64,000 bases of DNA from Nanobdellota archaeon (GTDB lineage Archaea; Nanobdellota; Nanobdellia; Woesearchaeales; JAHIVG01). Positions 8,907 through 18,497 of this stretch are shown here, piece by piece. A program made the position numbers and the translations under genes. Every line of letters begins with the position of its first letter. The stretch's first letter is position 1. The notes beneath the pieces are model-generated. The model saw nothing but the letters and a program-made list of their open reading frames with translations. It did no database searches and was not told where the DNA came from. Location: NCBI GenBank assembly GCA_043806015.1, contig JAZDHH010000007.1, positions 51,698 through 115,697 on the forward strand, in the 5' to 3' direction.

Positions 8907-9524
8907 GTGTGCCAAGGTCTTCTAAAAGGTATGCAACCTGTCGATGAAGAAGAACAGCCGAAAAAAAGCCCGATCTGGTTCATCATCGGCCCTGCGCTCG
9001 CCTTCCTTATTGTCCTGATGATCGTTCCCTTCTCAGGCATCCCTCTCGACCCTGAGCCGAAGAACATCCCCTCCCTCGACCAAGTCCTGCCGGCTTCCAT
9101 CCACACGGTCAACATCACGGCAGCGCGGCAATCCACCACCGACCTTGGCTTGCTGGACTTCTCTGATGACCAGGCCATCAAGCTCGTCGCCGACAGGGTG
9201 GCCTCGGAGAGCTGCCCGCAGGGAGCCATATGCCAGGCTAAAGCCTTGTTTTATTTCGTGCGCGACAGCATCCGCTACGTCCCCGACCCTGCGCGGGAGT
9301 ACATCAAGGCGCCGCAGGAGACGCTCATCAGCCGCGCAGGAGATTGCGATGACATGGCAGTGCTGCTCGTCAACCTCGAGAGGGCGATCGGCCAGGAAGC
9401 CCGCTACGCATCGGCGCCGCAGCACCTCTATCTCGAAGTGCTCATCAAGGAGCGATGGGTGCCTCTCGACCCGACGTGCAAGGAGTGCGATTTCGGGGAG
9501 AAACCCTCTTCGCTGCCCCGGTAA
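8907..9524 (+). CDS. membrane-anchored transglutaminase-like cysteine-protease-fold protein
   Basis: N-terminal TM (IWFIIGPALAFLIVLMIVPF). The core RAGDCDDMAVLLVNLERAIG fits the transglutaminase-like G.C..A motif, with a downstream His/Asp region. Confidence 0.5.
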   Translation: MCQGLLKGMQPVDEEEQPKKSPIWFIIGPALAFLIVLMIVPFSGIPLDPEPKNIPSLDQVLPASIHTVNITAARQSTTDLGLLDFSDDQAIKLVADRVASESCPQGAICQAKALFYFVRDSIRYVPDPAREYIKAPQETLISRAGDCDDMAVLLVNLERAIGQEARYASAPQHLYLEVLIKERWVPLDPTCKECDFGEKPSSLPR

Positions 9525-9597
9525 TGCTCATACCCGGTCTCGCTGTAATTCCGCGATAGTGAAAAGATTTATTAAGAGAAACTTTTTATCAAGAAAA

Positions 9598-9876
9598 ATG
9601 CCTGATGGCCTTGATGCAAGGTTGAAATTGGATGTCCCTCTAATAATCGCAGTGGACGAGCAGGGGCAAGTCCCCAATGAGGCTTTGCTCGCTCTTCCTT
9701 TTTATCAGCGAGATTCTGCTGACCTGATGTTGGCTCTTGCCCGCGGTGCGACGATTAGTCTCATCCGCTACGGAAAAGAGGGTTTTTTGATTATCGGCAA
9801 AGCCACGGTATTTGGGGTATTTCCAGATTACTGGCGACGGATAAAACAGCGAGGGATGACGCTGGTGGGCAGTTGA
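9598..9876 (+). CDS. small hypothetical protein
   Basis: 92-aa ORF (MPDGLDARLKLDVPLIIAVDEQ...) in the gap after the transglutaminase-like gene. GC3-rich. Its stop overlaps the next ORF. Confidence 0.25.
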   Translation: MPDGLDARLKLDVPLIIAVDEQGQVPNEALLALPFYQRDSADLMLALARGATISLIRYGKEGFLIIGKATVFGVFPDYWRRIKQRGMTLVGS

Positions 9877-10355
9877 GAATTTCTCAGCCACAATCATGGG
9901 TTTTTGCGGAAGAGCCTGTCCTCAGCTGGGAGACGTCGGTTGAAGATACGCTCATGGCGATGCTCATTTATCATGGGCGCGCGCATGCACATTCCACGGT
10001 CGGCCAGCTGGATGCGCTCAGGGATCGCATGATACCTGCCCTTGCCGAATCAGATTATGATCCTGCCACGCCGGAAGGTTACAGAAGACGTGTAAAGGGA
10101 ACCAAGAGGGTTCTCTTTGCAGCTGATGTTCCTGAACATATTGCTGAGCAGCTTCGCAGCTCATGGGTCGGCTCTCGCGCGGTTCTCCTGAGTCATGGCA
10201 CAGGATTCACCATGAGCAACGATGCCCTGACGAACGCTATCCTTGGCACTCGCTTCATTAACGCGACAGGAGGCCTTGGAACAGACGCCTACGGCTCTGT
10301 TTCGCCTCTCGGCGAGTATCAAGTCCAACGGTTTCCAGCGGCTGCTGCGAAATAA
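9873..10355 (+). CDS. hypothetical protein (start uncertain)
   Basis: 160-aa ORF whose annotated start is TTG. The first in-frame ATG is at about 9954. No motif recognised. Confidence 0.3.
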   Translation: MRISQPQSWVFAEEPVLSWETSVEDTLMAMLIYHGRAHAHSTVGQLDALRDRMIPALAESDYDPATPEGYRRRVKGTKRVLFAADVPEHIAEQLRSSWVGSRAVLLSHGTGFTMSNDALTNAILGTRFINATGGLGTDAYGSVSPLGEYQVQRFPAAAAK

Positions 10356-10358
10356 TTT

Positions 10359-12014
10359 TTAGCTTAGTAAGGGAAAGTGATACACTTCTTCCGCGAGCTG
10401 CCTAATCTGGCGGTTGGTGTTGTAGAACGCGATGAGCTTCAGCGACCTTTTTTGCATGGCCGCCAAGTCGTGCGGGTGCCTGCGCAGCTCAAGAGCCTGT
10501 TCCATCTGCTCGTAGAGGCTATTCGCTTCTTCCGCATCGCTCCTCTGCACGAGATCGCCGATAGTGTAGCCGAATGGCTCGCCGGGGAAGCGCTGCAGCG
10601 CCTCGGCCCACCATCCGTCTGCGATGCTGATGTTGAGGCCGCCATTCGCGGCCACTTTCATCCCCGAGGTGCCTGATGCCTCCTGGGGCTTGATGGGTGT
10701 GTTCAGCCAGAAGTCGCTGCCAGAGACCATCATGCGCGCGATCTCCTCGTCATATCCCGTAAGGTAGACCACTCGTCTGTTATTCGAAGTTTTTTGCTTG
10801 AGCCACGCCTCTCTTACAAGCCCCTTGCCGTCTTGGTCCCGGGGGTGTGATTTACCAGATAATACGAATTGCATCCCGCCGTATGTCTCTGCAATCCGCT
10901 CGAGGCGATCAGGATCATGGAAGATGAGGAGAGGCCGCTTATACGTCGCGAAGCGTCTACCCCAGGCGAAGGTGGCGACATCCGGATAGAATTGCGCGTT
11001 CGTGGTGTAGTTGATGTAGCCGATGAGCAGGCGGTTCGCCTTGTCTCTCGCCTGAAGCAATGCCTCATCAGGGATTCGATCGGCATGCTCGAATATCCGG
11101 GGATCCAGCCTCCATCCTTGGAGATAAGCATCATAGAGCTGAGCCAGGGGCTGGACTACCCAGGTGGGAGGATAAATGCCGTTAGGGATGTTGTGGACTT
11201 CGGTGTCCTTGAATACCTCCATCTTCTTACAGGCCTCTGCATGGGTCGATGAAACCGCATTCACATATCTGCTGAAGAAGATGGCCGCTCGGGTGGTGGA
11301 GAAGCTGGTTTTCCCTCCGATATCTTCGATGCCCTGAGGCAACGCTCCGAAGATACGCCTCATGAGGTCAAGGGAAAAGATATCATGGCCTGCAGGGACT
11401 GGGGTGTGTGTGCTGAACACGGTGTTGCCCTTGATCCAGTCGAGGGAAGCGCCCTCCATGTACTCCGCGAGGGGAAAGAATGACCCATGACCCTCGTTCA
11501 GGTGGACGACGATCGGCTCGATGTTTCGTACTCGGAGCATCGCCAATGCCCCTCGCCCAAGGACGTTGCATTGCGCCGCCCGTATTTCGCGCTGGTCGTC
11601 ATCGGCATAGAGGACTGAAGTGATCTCGCGCTGTCTTGGATCATTGCCGTCGACATTCGTATCGAGGAGCATGACCGGAACCTCGCCTTTCTGGCCCCGT
11701 ACGGTATAATCCTCGCAGGCGATGCGCAAGGGCCTTCCTTCGTGGAAGATGGTCGCTTGGACTGGAGATCTTGGCAGGACCCTCTCCGGCACCCAAAGGA
11801 CGGGTTCATCCTGTTGATAGCCTCGCGAATCTATGCGTTGACGGGAATAGCCCTTGTTGCTCGCGAGAATGATGCCTCGCATGGGGACTCCTAGGTCCGC
11901 AGCAGAGCTGAAAAGATCGCCGAGAAGCATCTCGAGGCCGCCGCTCGAGGTGGGGAGATAGCGCTCAAGGCGCGCTCCCATCCCCAGCACAATGACCTCT
12001 GGCTGCCCCTTCAT
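10359..12014 (-). CDS. glgP: alpha-glucan (glycogen/maltodextrin) phosphorylase, GT35 family
   Basis: PLP-lysine region EASGTSGMKVAANGGLNISIADGWWAE matches the phosphorylase EASGTGNMKF..NG signature. SGKSHPRDQDGKGLV and the N-terminal DUF3417-like region fit. Length 551 aa. Confidence 0.85.
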   Translation of the reverse strand: MKGQPEVIVLGMGARLERYLPTSSGGLEMLLGDLFSSAADLGVPMRGIILASNKGYSRQRIDSRGYQQDEPVLWVPERVLPRSPVQATIFHEGRPLRIACEDYTVRGQKGEVPVMLLDTNVDGNDPRQREITSVLYADDDQREIRAAQCNVLGRGALAMLRVRNIEPIVVHLNEGHGSFFPLAEYMEGASLDWIKGNTVFSTHTPVPAGHDIFSLDLMRRIFGALPQGIEDIGGKTSFSTTRAAIFFSRYVNAVSSTHAEACKKMEVFKDTEVHNIPNGIYPPTWVVQPLAQLYDAYLQGWRLDPRIFEHADRIPDEALLQARDKANRLLIGYINYTTNAQFYPDVATFAWGRRFATYKRPLLIFHDPDRLERIAETYGGMQFVLSGKSHPRDQDGKGLVREAWLKQKTSNNRRVVYLTGYDEEIARMMVSGSDFWLNTPIKPQEASGTSGMKVAANGGLNISIADGWWAEALQRFPGEPFGYTIGDLVQRSDAEEANSLYEQMEQALELRRHPHDLAAMQKRSLKLIAFYNTNRQIRQLAEEVYHFPLLS

Positions 12015-12183
12015 GGTGCCTTGGCCTGATCGCTTCTATTAAAACGTTATGATTTGTCACTATTCGCGAGGCATACAACATCAGCGGGAAACGGGGAAAA
12101 ACAGCAACCTTTAAAAAGAGACCCCCACCTCCCCGTCCCTGATCCCTGAGACTACTAGCAGCGAAGTAGGAGGGTAGCGGGTC

Positions 12184-12831
12184 ATGGAAAAAAACAAGAT
12201 CTTAGAAGCCCTGAAAGAGCTTTCTGCGCAGAAGCGCAATTTCAAGCAGAGCGTTGACCTGGTCATTAACCTCCAGAACGTTGACACCAAGAAGATGGAG
12301 GGCTTGCTCGAGTTCTTCGTCCCGGTGCCCCATCCGAGAGGCAAGAAGATCACGGTCTGCGCCCTTGTCGGCTCCGAGCTCATCGACCAGGCCAAGAAAG
12401 AGTGCAACGCAGCCGTCGTGGTGGATGATTTCGAGCGCTACATGAAAGACAAGAAGCTCATCAAGAAGCTCGCCGGAGAGAACAATTACTTCATCGCGCA
12501 GGCGACCATCATGCCCAAGGTCGCATCCTCTTTCGGCCGTGTCCTCGGCCCGAAAGGCAAGATGCCCAACCCCAAGGCAGGCTGCGTCGTTCCCCCGAAC
12601 GCCAACCTCAAGCAGGTGGTCGAGAGGCTCCAGACCATGATCCGGCTCAACGCCAAGAAGGAGCCGATCTTCAGCTGCAGTGTCGGCAATGAGGGGATGG
12701 ACCCGGAACAGATCGCCGACAATGTCATGGCGGTCTACAACCAGACCGTGCACCACCTGCCGAACGAGGTCCATAACATCAAATCAGTCTTTCTGAAGCT
12801 CACGATGAGCAAGCCCGTGAAGGTCGATTGA
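12184..12831 (+). CDS. rpl1: 50S ribosomal protein L1
   Basis: 215 aa. The N-terminus (KELSAQKRNFKQSVDLVINLQNVD) and the central region (FFVPVPHPRGK, ITVCALVG) are typical of L1. Sits in the archaeal L1-L10-L12 order. Confidence 0.9.
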   Translation: MEKNKILEALKELSAQKRNFKQSVDLVINLQNVDTKKMEGLLEFFVPVPHPRGKKITVCALVGSELIDQAKKECNAAVVVDDFERYMKDKKLIKKLAGENNYFIAQATIMPKVASSFGRVLGPKGKMPNPKAGCVVPPNANLKQVVERLQTMIRLNAKKEPIFSCSVGNEGMDPEQIADNVMAVYNQTVHHLPNEVHNIKSVFLKLTMSKPVKVD

Positions 12832-12832
12832 A

Positions 12833-13690
12833 ATGGCACACGTCGCACCCATCAAGAAAGAGACGGTCGCCAAGTTCGCCAAGCTGCTCGTCGACTATCC
12901 AATCGTCGGCATGGTCAACCTGGAGAACCTGCCCGCCAAGCAGCTGCAGACCATCCGCGGCTCCGCCCGGAATAAGATGTTGCTTTGCATGACCAAGCGC
13001 CGCCTCATGAAGCTCGCCTTCAAGGAGGCGGAAGCGAAGAGACCCGGCATCTCCAAGCTGCTCGACCATTCCCAGGGCATGCCCGCCCTGATGTTCAGCT
13101 GCGAGAACCCCTTCTCGCTCTACAAGTTCCTGCAGAAGAACAAGAGCCCCGCCCCGGCGAAGGCCGGCATGACCTCGCCGAGGGACATCGTCATCCCGGC
13201 AGGTCCTACGTCGTTCGCGCCCGGCCCGATCATCGGCGAGCTCGGCCAGCTCAGGATCAAGGCCGGCGTCGAGGGCAACAAGGTCGTCATCAAGGTGGAC
13301 GCCACGATCGTCGAGGCGGGAGAGAAGATCAGCCAGAAGGTGGCGGACCTGCTCGTGCGCTTCGGCATCATGCCTATGGAAGTCGGCCTTGACCTCGTCG
13401 CCGTCTATGAGAAGGGCGAGATCCTGGGCAAGGACTTACTCGGCGTTGACGAGGCCAAGTACATCGCGGACATCGGCAAGGCCGCGGCGTGGGCCATGAG
13501 CCTCGCCGTCGAGGCTGGTTACGCCAGCAAGGACACCGTCGAGGTCCTGCTGGGCAAGGCGCATCAGGACGCGAAGGCCGTCGGCATCGAGGCAGGCTTC
13601 CTCGAGAAGGACCTCGTCGGCGACATCTTCGGCAAGGCCGAGGCGACCGTCACGGCTTTGGCGAAAGACCTGAAGCTCACGATACAATAA
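12833..13690 (+). CDS. rpl10: 50S ribosomal protein L10 / acidic ribosomal protein P0
   Basis: 285 aa. The N-terminus (KKETVAKFAKLLVDYPIVGMVNLENLPAKQLQTIR) is characteristic of P0. The start lies 1 nt after the rpl1 stop. Confidence 0.9.
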   Translation: MAHVAPIKKETVAKFAKLLVDYPIVGMVNLENLPAKQLQTIRGSARNKMLLCMTKRRLMKLAFKEAEAKRPGISKLLDHSQGMPALMFSCENPFSLYKFLQKNKSPAPAKAGMTSPRDIVIPAGPTSFAPGPIIGELGQLRIKAGVEGNKVVIKVDATIVEAGEKISQKVADLLVRFGIMPMEVGLDLVAVYEKGEILGKDLLGVDEAKYIADIGKAAAWAMSLAVEAGYASKDTVEVLLGKAHQDAKAVGIEAGFLEKDLVGDIFGKAEATVTALAKDLKLTIQ

Positions 13691-13705
13691 TGGAGGAACG
13701 AGAAA

Positions 13706-14008
13706 ATGGAATACATCTATGCGGCAATGCTCTTGCACAAGGCTGGACACCAGGTCACCGAGGACACCGTGAAGAAGGTCCTCGAGGCTGCCGGCGCGAA
13801 GCCGGACCAAGCTAGGATCAGGGCCTTGGTGGCAGCGCTGGATGGCGTCAACATCGAAGAGGCCATCAAGAAGGCAGCCGTCGCGGCGCCTGTTGCGGCC
13901 GTCGCGGCTCCCGCGGCCGAGAAGAAGGAAGACAAGAAAAAGGCCGTCGAAGAGGAGAAGAAGAGCGAGGAAGCCGCAGCCGCTGGACTGGGCGCCCTGT
14001 TCGGTTAG
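13706..14008 (+). CDS. rpl12: 50S ribosomal protein L12 / P1 (stalk protein)
   Basis: 100 aa: [31 protein letters not shown], an Ala/Pro hinge, and an acidic K/E tail ending GLGALFG. Terminates with a tandem TAG-TGA. Confidence 0.85.
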   Translation: MEYIYAAMLLHKAGHQVTEDTVKKVLEAAGAKPDQARIRALVAALDGVNIEEAIKKAAVAAPVAAVAAPAAEKKEDKKKAVEEEKKSEEAAAAGLGALFG

Positions 14009-14017
14009 TGAGACTCA

Positions 14018-15004
14018 ATGCTGACCCCTGAACAAAAGGACGAGACCCATAAGGAGATAACGCAGCTCCGCGAAGAGATCGGCGAGCTAAAGGACAAGCT
14101 CGACGTCATCAACAAGGAGAAGGAGCACTGGTTCCTGAAGAAAGAGGAGATCAGCGTCCAGATCAGGGACAAGATCACGTCCATCAAGGCCGCGAAGACG
14201 CAGCGCAACACGCTGACCAAGAAGGTTTCTGATGTCAAGGACCTCCGCAAGCTGCTGAACGACCAGATCCGCGACAAGATCGAGGGGATCAAGAAGCTGA
14301 ACACGGAGAAGGACGAGGTCCAGAAGAAGTTCAACATCACCAAGGATCCGGTGATGATCCAGCGCGACATCGACCGCCTCGAGTTCCGCATCGAGACGGA
14401 AGCGCTCTCCTTCGAGCGCGAGCAGGATTCCATGAAGAAGATCAAGGAGCTCAAGTCTCAGCTCAAGGAGTCGAAGGCCGTGAGCGGCGTCTGGGACCGC
14501 GTGCACAGCCTCTCCAAGGAGATCGACGACCTCAAGCGCAAGGCCACGGACGAGCACCGCAAGATCCAAAACCTGGCAAAGGAGAGCCAGGTGCAGCACG
14601 AGATCATGCTGGAGCTGAGCAAGGACATCGATGACATCAAGGCCAAGGAAGAGGAGTATTACAAGAAGTTCTTCGACCTCAAGCAGCAGTTCGTGGAGCT
14701 GAACAACCAGCTGAAGGAGAAGATGGCCAAGCAGAAGGACCTGCACAACAGGCTGGACGCCGACCGCGCCGAGGACAAGGAGAAGCGCCTCGTCGAGGAG
14801 GAGAAGACGCTCGAGCAGAAGAACATCGAGGTCGAGGAGAAGATAAAAAAGGGCAAGAAGCTCACCACTGAAGACTTGCTCATCTTCCAGGTCACCGAGG
14901 CGAAGCAGATGGAGAAGGAGAAGTATGAGCGCAAGGGCCGCCGCAAGCACGACGACGAGGATCGCGGCAAAGAGAAGAAGGAAGACGGGAAGAAGGCAGC
15001 GTAG
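14018..15004 (+). CDS. archaeal K/E-rich coiled-coil protein (COG1340-like, uncharacterised)
   Basis: 328 aa of continuous charged heptads. Sits directly downstream of rpl12. Terminates with TAG. Confidence 0.45.
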   Translation: MLTPEQKDETHKEITQLREEIGELKDKLDVINKEKEHWFLKKEEISVQIRDKITSIKAAKTQRNTLTKKVSDVKDLRKLLNDQIRDKIEGIKKLNTEKDEVQKKFNITKDPVMIQRDIDRLEFRIETEALSFEREQDSMKKIKELKSQLKESKAVSGVWDRVHSLSKEIDDLKRKATDEHRKIQNLAKESQVQHEIMLELSKDIDDIKAKEEEYYKKFFDLKQQFVELNNQLKEKMAKQKDLHNRLDADRAEDKEKRLVEEEKTLEQKNIEVEEKIKKGKKLTTEDLLIFQVTEAKQMEKEKYERKGRRKHDDEDRGKEKKEDGKKAA

Positions 15005-15052
15005 ATTCCTCGGTTTTTCTTAAATTATTGAAAAAAGGAGAATGGGATTTGA

Positions 15053-15250
15053 TTATTTCTTCACGAACTCTGTATAGCGGCACTTGCCGCAGGTGAGGCG
15101 GTTGCCGTGCTTCGCCAGGAACACGCCGGAGCCGCACTTGGGGCAGAAGGGGTTCTTCCGTGTCAGGCCTTCGCCGGACTTGGTGTACAGCTTCCAGATC
15201 TTCAGGCCGCCTTTCTTCTTCTCCTGCTTCTTTTCAGCTTTTTCTGCCAT
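15053..15250 (-). CDS. rps27ae: 30S ribosomal protein S27ae (zinc-ribbon)
   Basis: [50 protein letters not shown] is a C4 zinc ribbon typical of S27a. The track ORF (15053..15355) carries a spurious Arg-rich N-terminal extension. The ATG was confirmed at 15250-15248. Confidence 0.8.
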   Translation of the reverse strand: MAEKAEKKQEKKKGGLKIWKLYTKSGEGLTRKNPFCPKCGSGVFLAKHGNRLTCGKCRYTEFVKK

Positions 15251-15251
15251 A

Positions 15252-15602
15252 TCATGCACCCTTCTTCGCTTCTTCTTTCGCGGCCGGAGCGGCATCGGGC
15301 GCGCCCTTCTTCTTGCGGTCCGCGCTGTCTCGGTTGACGAGGTATTTCGGCTCATTCCGCTTGAGCGAGGTGAGATCGGAGTAGACGTGCGCGTTCACGG
15401 ACGCCTGCTGGAAGCCGAAGGCAGTGTCGATGGCCGTCACGATGACCTGCTCCGGCGGCACTTTAAGATGCTCTGCCAGCCCCTTCTTGACGTCAAGGTG
15501 CGAGGGCGTCTGCTTCTCGAAGCTCATCGATGCGACCACATCCTTGCGGTGCAGCAAGGGATTCTCCTTCGTGCTGGTTATCGTAAGATGCATAGGGATC
15601 AC
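15252..15602 (-). CDS. rps24e: 30S ribosomal protein S24e
   Basis: [38 protein letters not shown] is the S24e signature region. Adjacent to S27ae as in most archaea. Confidence 0.8.
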   Translation of the reverse strand: MIPMHLTITSTKENPLLHRKDVVASMSFEKQTPSHLDVKKGLAEHLKVPPEQVIVTAIDTAFGFQQASVNAHVYSDLTSLKRNEPKYLVNRDSADRKKKGAPDAAPAAKEEAKKGA

Positions 15603-15784
15603 CTGACCTTGATGGCGTATTCGCCTTTGACCTTGATGCCGATGCGCTTGGAGATCTCAGACTTGTCCGGGTCCAGGATGAAGAGCCTGCCGTCCCAGCT
15701 GGTGGTGGATTGGTTGCTCTTGCAGGAGGGGCATTCATTGCCCTCGTAGAAAAGCTTGCACCGCTTGCAGACCTTTTTCTTCAT
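15599..15784 (-). CDS. spt4: transcription elongation factor Spt4 (RNA polymerase subunit E'')
   Basis: 61 aa. Zinc ribbon CKRCKLFYEGNECPSCKS plus ...[18 protein letters not shown] matches the Spt4 consensus. Overlaps rpoE' by 4 nt. Confidence 0.8.
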   Translation of the reverse strand: MKKKVCKRCKLFYEGNECPSCKSNQSTTSWDGRLFILDPDKSEISKRIGIKVKGEYAIKVR

Positions 15785-16326
15785 TTTTTCTCTGCCTCCA
15801 GCCAGTCCAGCCTGCCGAGGCCCTGCTGGCGCATGGTGAGGCCGAACTTGGGGTTGTTGATCTCCTTGAAGCTGATCGCGATGATGCGCGCCCTGCAGAG
15901 GTCGTTGACGCGAAGGACTCGCTTGGTCTCCTTCCCGGTGAGGGTCTTCTCCTTGGAGAACGAGACGAAATCGTCCATGGTCTGCGAGACGTGTATCATG
16001 CCCTCGATGGGGCCGAGGCCCATGAAGGCGCCGAAGTCGGTGATGTCCCGGATCTTGCCGAGGACAACTTCCTGCAGCTCCGGCTTGAAGGTGAGCAGCT
16101 CGAAGACGGTCTCATAGTAGGGAGCGCCGTCGCCGGGGATGATGATGCCTTCCTTGACGTCCTTGACCTTCGCGACGCCGACCACGATGCCCATGTCCTT
16201 GGAGATGAAGCCCTCGTACTCGTGCTTGATGCGCACGAGGATGGCCTCCTCCACCGGGAGGTTGAACAGGTTGGGAGGCACGCGGATGTGGTCTTTGACT
16301 TCGACTCGGTAAAACACTTTACTCAC
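15781..16326 (-). CDS. rpoE: DNA-directed RNA polymerase subunit E' (Rpo7)
   Basis: 181 aa. The N-terminal Rpb7-like region (FYRVEVKDHIRVPPNLF) and an S1-like C-terminal region (GKIRDITDFGAFMGLGPIEGMIHVSQ) are present. Confidence 0.85.
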   Translation of the reverse strand: MSKVFYRVEVKDHIRVPPNLFNLPVEEAILVRIKHEYEGFISKDMGIVVGVAKVKDVKEGIIIPGDGAPYYETVFELLTFKPELQEVVLGKIRDITDFGAFMGLGPIEGMIHVSQTMDDFVSFSKEKTLTGKETKRVLRVNDLCRARIIAISFKEINNPKFGLTMRQQGLGRLDWLEAEKK

Positions 16327-16705
16327 CCATCAGCTTGAAGTATTTTTTCTGCCGCAGCACCAGGTAGCGGCTAAGCCTTCTCTGCAGGGCCCTGTCCTGG
16401 GTCGCCACGAGATACCCCTTCTTGGCGTACTCCTCGAGAAGGGCATCTACGGAAGGGGATTTGGCGCCCTTTTTAACCTTTTCTGTTTTTAAAGGGGAGA
16501 CCATGCCCTTCTCGATGAGGAGCAGGCCGAGCTTTGCTGCCTGCCGGTGCTTGCCGCACTGCGTTGCGACAATGTTTTGCAGCTCGTCGATGGTACGGTC
16601 AAGGCAGCAGAGCCGACCCGGAGCCGCCGCTTGGAGCTGCGTGACGATGTCCACGCCGACGCTCCCGGGCATGAGCAGCACGTTGGTGTCGAGGAGGATG
16701 TCCAT
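16319..16705 (-). CDS. PIN-domain protein (COG1412-like, usually upstream of rpoE')
   Basis: 128 aa. MDILLDTNVLL places the first catalytic Asp of a PIN fold at the N-terminus. The conserved position before rpoE'-spt4 supports the call. Confidence 0.6.
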   Translation of the reverse strand: MDILLDTNVLLMPGSVGVDIVTQLQAAAPGRLCCLDRTIDELQNIVATQCGKHRQAAKLGLLLIEKGMVSPLKTEKVKKGAKSPSVDALLEEYAKKGYLVATQDRALQRRLSRYLVLRQKKYFKLMGE

Positions 16706-16744
16706 GACACAGGAAAAGAGGTCAAGGTTTAAAAAACGTTTCTT

Positions 16745-17299
16745 TCACCGATGAGGGGGCGTGATTTCGATGACCGTGAGTTCGTAGGGCACGTTGTTTC
16801 CTTTTTTACCGGTCACTTCAGCAAAAACAGTGAGTGGAGTCTCTGATTCTTGTGCCACGTCTATCAACCCCTGTATCCGCTGAAGTTCTGACTGAGAAAC
16901 TGCATTTCCTACACAGGATATTCCGTGACCCGAGCGATCCGCGAGGAAAAAGGAGTATGACTGCTTCCCCTGGAGACGCGGTCCAGACCGGTATCCGGTT
17001 GGGACGCCTTGAGTTTGGACATACTTTTTTGTGTGCTCCAAGGCTGCTCCGATTACCTCCTCAAGTGGGAGATGCCAGACCGTGATTTCCCTCTCAGGTG
17101 GAGACGCTACAGGTCTTAAAAGGGATAAGAGGTTCATGGGGAAAAGGATATGGGACCACAATAAATACTTTTCCCTTCTCTGATAGGGGGAATTGGGAAA
17201 AAATTGAAAAAACGGCTCCCCTTTCCGGAATGAATGGCAACCGTCATGACCGTTGAAGGGATGGACGGGCTGAGAGAATACTATATCGAATGTGAGCAA
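16745..17299 (-). CDS. hypothetical protein (start uncertain, low-GC segment)
   Basis: 184-aa ORF. Only the C-terminal roughly 130 aa (from MNLLSLL...) look protein-like. GC is about 50%. The + strand ORF 16834..17085 competes for the same DNA. Confidence 0.3.
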   Translation of the reverse strand: MLTFDIVFSQPVHPFNGHDGCHSFRKGEPFFQFFPNSPYQRREKYLLWSHILFPMNLLSLLRPVASPPEREITVWHLPLEEVIGAALEHTKKYVQTQGVPTGYRSGPRLQGKQSYSFFLADRSGHGISCVGNAVSQSELQRIQGLIDVAQESETPLTVFAEVTGKKGNNVPYELTVIEITPPHR

Positions 17300-17635
17300 C
17301 GGATGGCTGCCGGCCTTCCGACACCGAGCCTGGCCTTTGATCCCTCACCATATGATCCGGGCATTTCCACTGCGATCGAGGAAGGCGGCAGGATCGCCAT
17401 TGCAGGCGCGTTGGTGGGTATTGTCGCGAGCTGCATCGATTTCCAGATTCCGAATGATGTTGATCAACCCTTTCCTGCACATTCTATGCGGGATGCCGCG
17501 GCGATTGGGACAGCGGCAGTCATGAGCCTTCTATATCAGTCCGAGCCGATGTCTCGGCGGCTGAAGGCCGCGTTCATCGCGGGAGGTTCCACTCTCGCGT
17601 CAGGGGCTAGCATGGACCGCCTCCTTAACCTGTAA
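17234..17635 (+). CDS. hypothetical protein
   Basis: 133 aa with GC3-rich codons. Ala/Gly-rich hydrophobic stretches. No motif recognised. Confidence 0.3.
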   Translation: MATVMTVEGMDGLREYYIECEQRMAAGLPTPSLAFDPSPYDPGISTAIEEGGRIAIAGALVGIVASCIDFQIPNDVDQPFPAHSMRDAAAIGTAAVMSLLYQSEPMSRRLKAAFIAGGSTLASGASMDRLLNL

Positions 17636-17803
17636 GGGTTTAGTCCATCTTCATCTCACCCATTCAAGGATTGGAGCTTCTGGAAAGATATTTTCTCTAA
17701 AAAACATGATAACGAGTAAGGGGTTCTGGCTGATTTATCAGGATATCAACGCTTTGCGGTCACCTGCCTCGAGAAGGGTGTTCGTCCTCCTGAAGGATTC
17801 ATT

Positions 17804-18148
17804 GTGCAGGATCCGCTGTGGGATCGCCGGGAAGGCCGATCGGAGAGCGGAGGCAGTTATATGATGACCTTGGCGGTGGCAGGACTTGGCGCCTGGCTTG
17901 GCGCGATTACTGCCATTTCGGATCAGGTCCTCGCCTCAAGTGATGCCAACGCAGCCTTTGAGGGATACCATCAGCTTCAAAATGTAATACAGGGTGTATG
18001 CTGCGGCCTCCTCGCAATTATCGCTGTGATATCAACGCCTAAAACCAGGAATAAATGGGAAAGCATACTGGCAAGATACAGCACTTACCTGGTCGCGCAT
18101 GAAGTTACTCCGCAAGTAATTAAGAATCTCCTGCAAGCCCGGCGTTAG
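17804..18148 (+). CDS. small membrane protein (hypothetical)
   Basis: 114 aa with two hydrophobic helices (LAVAGLGAWLGAITAI, VCCGLLAIIAVIST). Confidence 0.35.
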   Translation: MQDPLWDRREGRSESGGSYMMTLAVAGLGAWLGAITAISDQVLASSDANAAFEGYHQLQNVIQGVCCGLLAIIAVISTPKTRNKWESILARYSTYLVAHEVTPQVIKNLLQARR

Positions 18149-18163
18149 TGAAGAAACGCTTTG

Positions 18164-18199
18164 ATCATCACCGCATCCCCGACAGGGTCAGGGCTCTCG
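18164..18199. repeat. direct repeat copy 1: a 36-bp duplicate of the nfo 3' end
   Basis: atcatcaccgcatccccgacagggtcagggctctcg. The reverse complement encodes ..ESPDPVGDAVMI.., a near-copy of the nfo C-terminus. It matches 18798..18833 with 1 mismatch. Confidence 0.7.
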
Positions 18200-18275
18200 G
18201 CGACAGTTTCGAGGGTCCTGCCGTTTGGCGATAGGTATCGAAAGTTTGATATACTATAACGAATTATAATATACT

Positions 18276-18497
18276 ATGGCAACAACCATCCAAGTGAGCG
18301 ATGACCTGCAAAGCACCTTGAACAAGCTGAAGCTCTTTTCAAGGGAGACCTATGAAGAGGTCATTTGGAACTTGATCGAGGATCGGAGAGAGCTTTCTGA
18401 TGAGACGATGAAGGAGATTGCCGAGGCCCGCAAGGAGGTTGCAGGAGGCGAGTTCGTCACTCTGGCTGACCTGAAGAAGAAGTTTGGGGTCAAGTGA
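18276..18497 (+). CDS. type II antitoxin (putative, RelE/ParE-associated)
   Basis: 73-aa acidic ORF immediately upstream of the RelE/ParE-like ORF, overlapping it by 4 nt (ATGA). Size and position are typical of an antitoxin. The fold was not assigned. Confidence 0.55.
   Translation: MATTIQVSDDLQSTLNKLKLFSRETYEEVIWNLIEDRRELSDETMKEIAEARKEVAGGEFVTLADLKKKFGVK

Noticed and set aside
13999-14007. Tandem TAG-TGA stop at the end of rpl12, as a possible readthrough signal
   Set aside because: Tandem stops are common at the end of highly expressed genes. The next gene has its own ATG 10 nt downstream, so nothing suggests an extension.
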